25,720 nt of DNA, from positions 1 through 25,720 of the forward strand of contig CANRMZ010000001.1 in NCBI GenBank assembly GCA_947631885.1, written 5' to 3'. Within the stretch, counting starts at the first letter, position 1. Each line of letters opens with the position of its first letter. Positions 24,861 to 25,720 of the stretch are shown in pieces. Below the pieces are notes generated by a model. That model saw only the letters and a program-made list of their open reading frames with translations. It was not told the origin of the DNA and made no database searches. A program made the translations under genes and the position numbers. The stretch is from an uncultured Bacilli bacterium (GTDB taxonomy: Bacteria; Bacillota_I; Bacilli_A; RF39; UBA660).

Positions 24861-24877
24861 TCCTGTCTTCAGCACCA
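24861..24877 (+). other. att core: displaced 3' end of a tRNA (probably tRNA-Leu)
   Basis: TCCTGTCTTCAGCACCA reads as T-stem 3' strand, acceptor 3' strand, A73 and CCA, with no upstream tRNA body. It is followed by a terminator. Confidence 0.7.
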
Positions 24878-24886
24878 TGAGTGAAT

Positions 24887-24917
24887 AACCCTCGTATTTA
24901 CGGGGTTTTTATTTTTT
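24887..24917 (+). terminator. Intrinsic terminator (probably that of the original host tRNA)
   Basis: AACCCTCGT-ATTT-ACGGGGTT plus T tract. Confidence 0.65.
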
Positions 24918-24935
24918 TACGTACAAATTTCTATT

Positions 24936-25487
24936 TTATTGTTTTCTTACTAACTGAATATCATTATCATTTTCTTCTGGATTTCTTACTAAATCATAAA
25001 AATCAATATGACATTTATCATAAATAGATTTTACTTCTTCAAAAGGAATCCCTTCTCTGTACCATTCAAAATATTTTTCATAATGTTTGCTTTTTTTAAA
25101 GAGTAATTGACGACCATCTACAGTATATAAACTTAAAACATCTTCTTCATTTACTTGATTCTTATCCATTTTTTGAAATCCTAATCTTTGTAAATTTAAA
25201 ACATTATTAAGTGCCGCGACACTTTGATAAGAACAAGGTTCTAAACAAAGCTCTTTTTCAATATAGTCTGTTAAATAAGATAAAACTTTAAATCCATCTT
25301 CCCTACTCATTCCTTCTGGAAAAGCAAATGGTTCAAATGGCCAGTTAATGACTCCAACAAAATGTGTCTCCCCTGCTCTATGATATTGAACATAATGAAG
25401 TCGATAAATTGTTTGATTTCCAATTGGATGATCTTCGAGTTCAGTTTCAAATTCATATTCTTTATAATCTTTCTTTTTAAAAAACAT
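24936..25487 (-). CDS. Host hypothetical protein
   Basis: 183 aa, RBS GGAGGT; lies beyond the att core. Confidence 0.75.
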   Translation of the reverse strand: MFFKKKDYKEYEFETELEDHPIGNQTIYRLHYVQYHRAGETHFVGVINWPFEPFAFPEGMSREDGFKVLSYLTDYIEKELCLEPCSYQSVAALNNVLNLQRLGFQKMDKNQVNEEDVLSLYTVDGRQLLFKKSKHYEKYFEWYREGIPFEEVKSIYDKCHIDFYDLVRNPEENDNDIQLVRKQ

Positions 25488-25632
25488 AATAATACCTCCT
25501 AAATACGAGAATAGTATATCACATACTTTTAAAAATATTGCAAATTTTCTTTATTTTTTGACACCTCAAAAAAGAGGTTGCATAAACTATATTAGGAATT
25601 CTAGAGTTCAAAAAAGAAAGAAGACAAAAGAG

Positions 25633-25720
25633 ATGAAAAAAACAAAATACATCCTTCTTCTCTTTTTCTTAATTGGCATATCCATCATGTCAATTGGTTA
25701 TTCTTTACTCGCGACAAACT
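25633..25720 (+). CDS. Secreted/membrane protein, 5' fragment (runs off the window)
   Basis: MKKTKYILLLFFLIGISIMSIGYSLLATN signal-peptide-like N-terminus. Confidence 0.6.
   Translation, partial: MKKTKYILLLFFLIGISIMSIGYSLLATN

Larger units (their letters stand above)
1..24877 (-). mobile_element. Prophage (right portion: immunity, replication/recombination, tRNA/accessory and start of packaging module)
   Basis: Dense co-oriented phage genes (TerL, TerS, RusA, Rad52-like, DnaB, initiator, Cro/CI), bounded on the right by a tRNA 3'-end fragment and integrase-arm-like repeats. The left end is outside the window. Confidence 0.9.

Overview
AT-rich Firmicutes/Bacilli-type sequence. Almost all of it (1..~24877) is the right part of a tailed prophage transcribed mainly on the minus strand. 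From right to left it contains a divergent XRE repressor/Cro switch, replication initiator with iterons, DnaB helicase, Rad52-like annealase, PD-(D/E)XK exonuclease, SSB, HNH endonuclease, a tRNA cluster, RusA and TerS. These are followed by an opposite-strand cassette (strong sigma70 promoter, tail-less SSB, serine resolvase), a TGATC-repeat intergenic region, about 20 accessory genes (including a metallophosphoesterase and an Rnl2-like RNA ligase), and the 5' part of TerL. The prophage ends at a displaced tRNA 3'-end fragment (att core, 24861-24877), after which host genes follow. The most notable signal is a DUF2828/vWA (Ro60/TROVE-like) gene inside the tRNA cluster. It is followed by four tandem stem-closed RNA units sharing a (A/G)CAGCAA motif. 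One unit is a circularly permuted tRNA mimic with Y-RNA (YrlA)-like topology and another carries an isolated anticodon-like hairpin. All calls come from manual motif reading and hand folding; no database searches were run.
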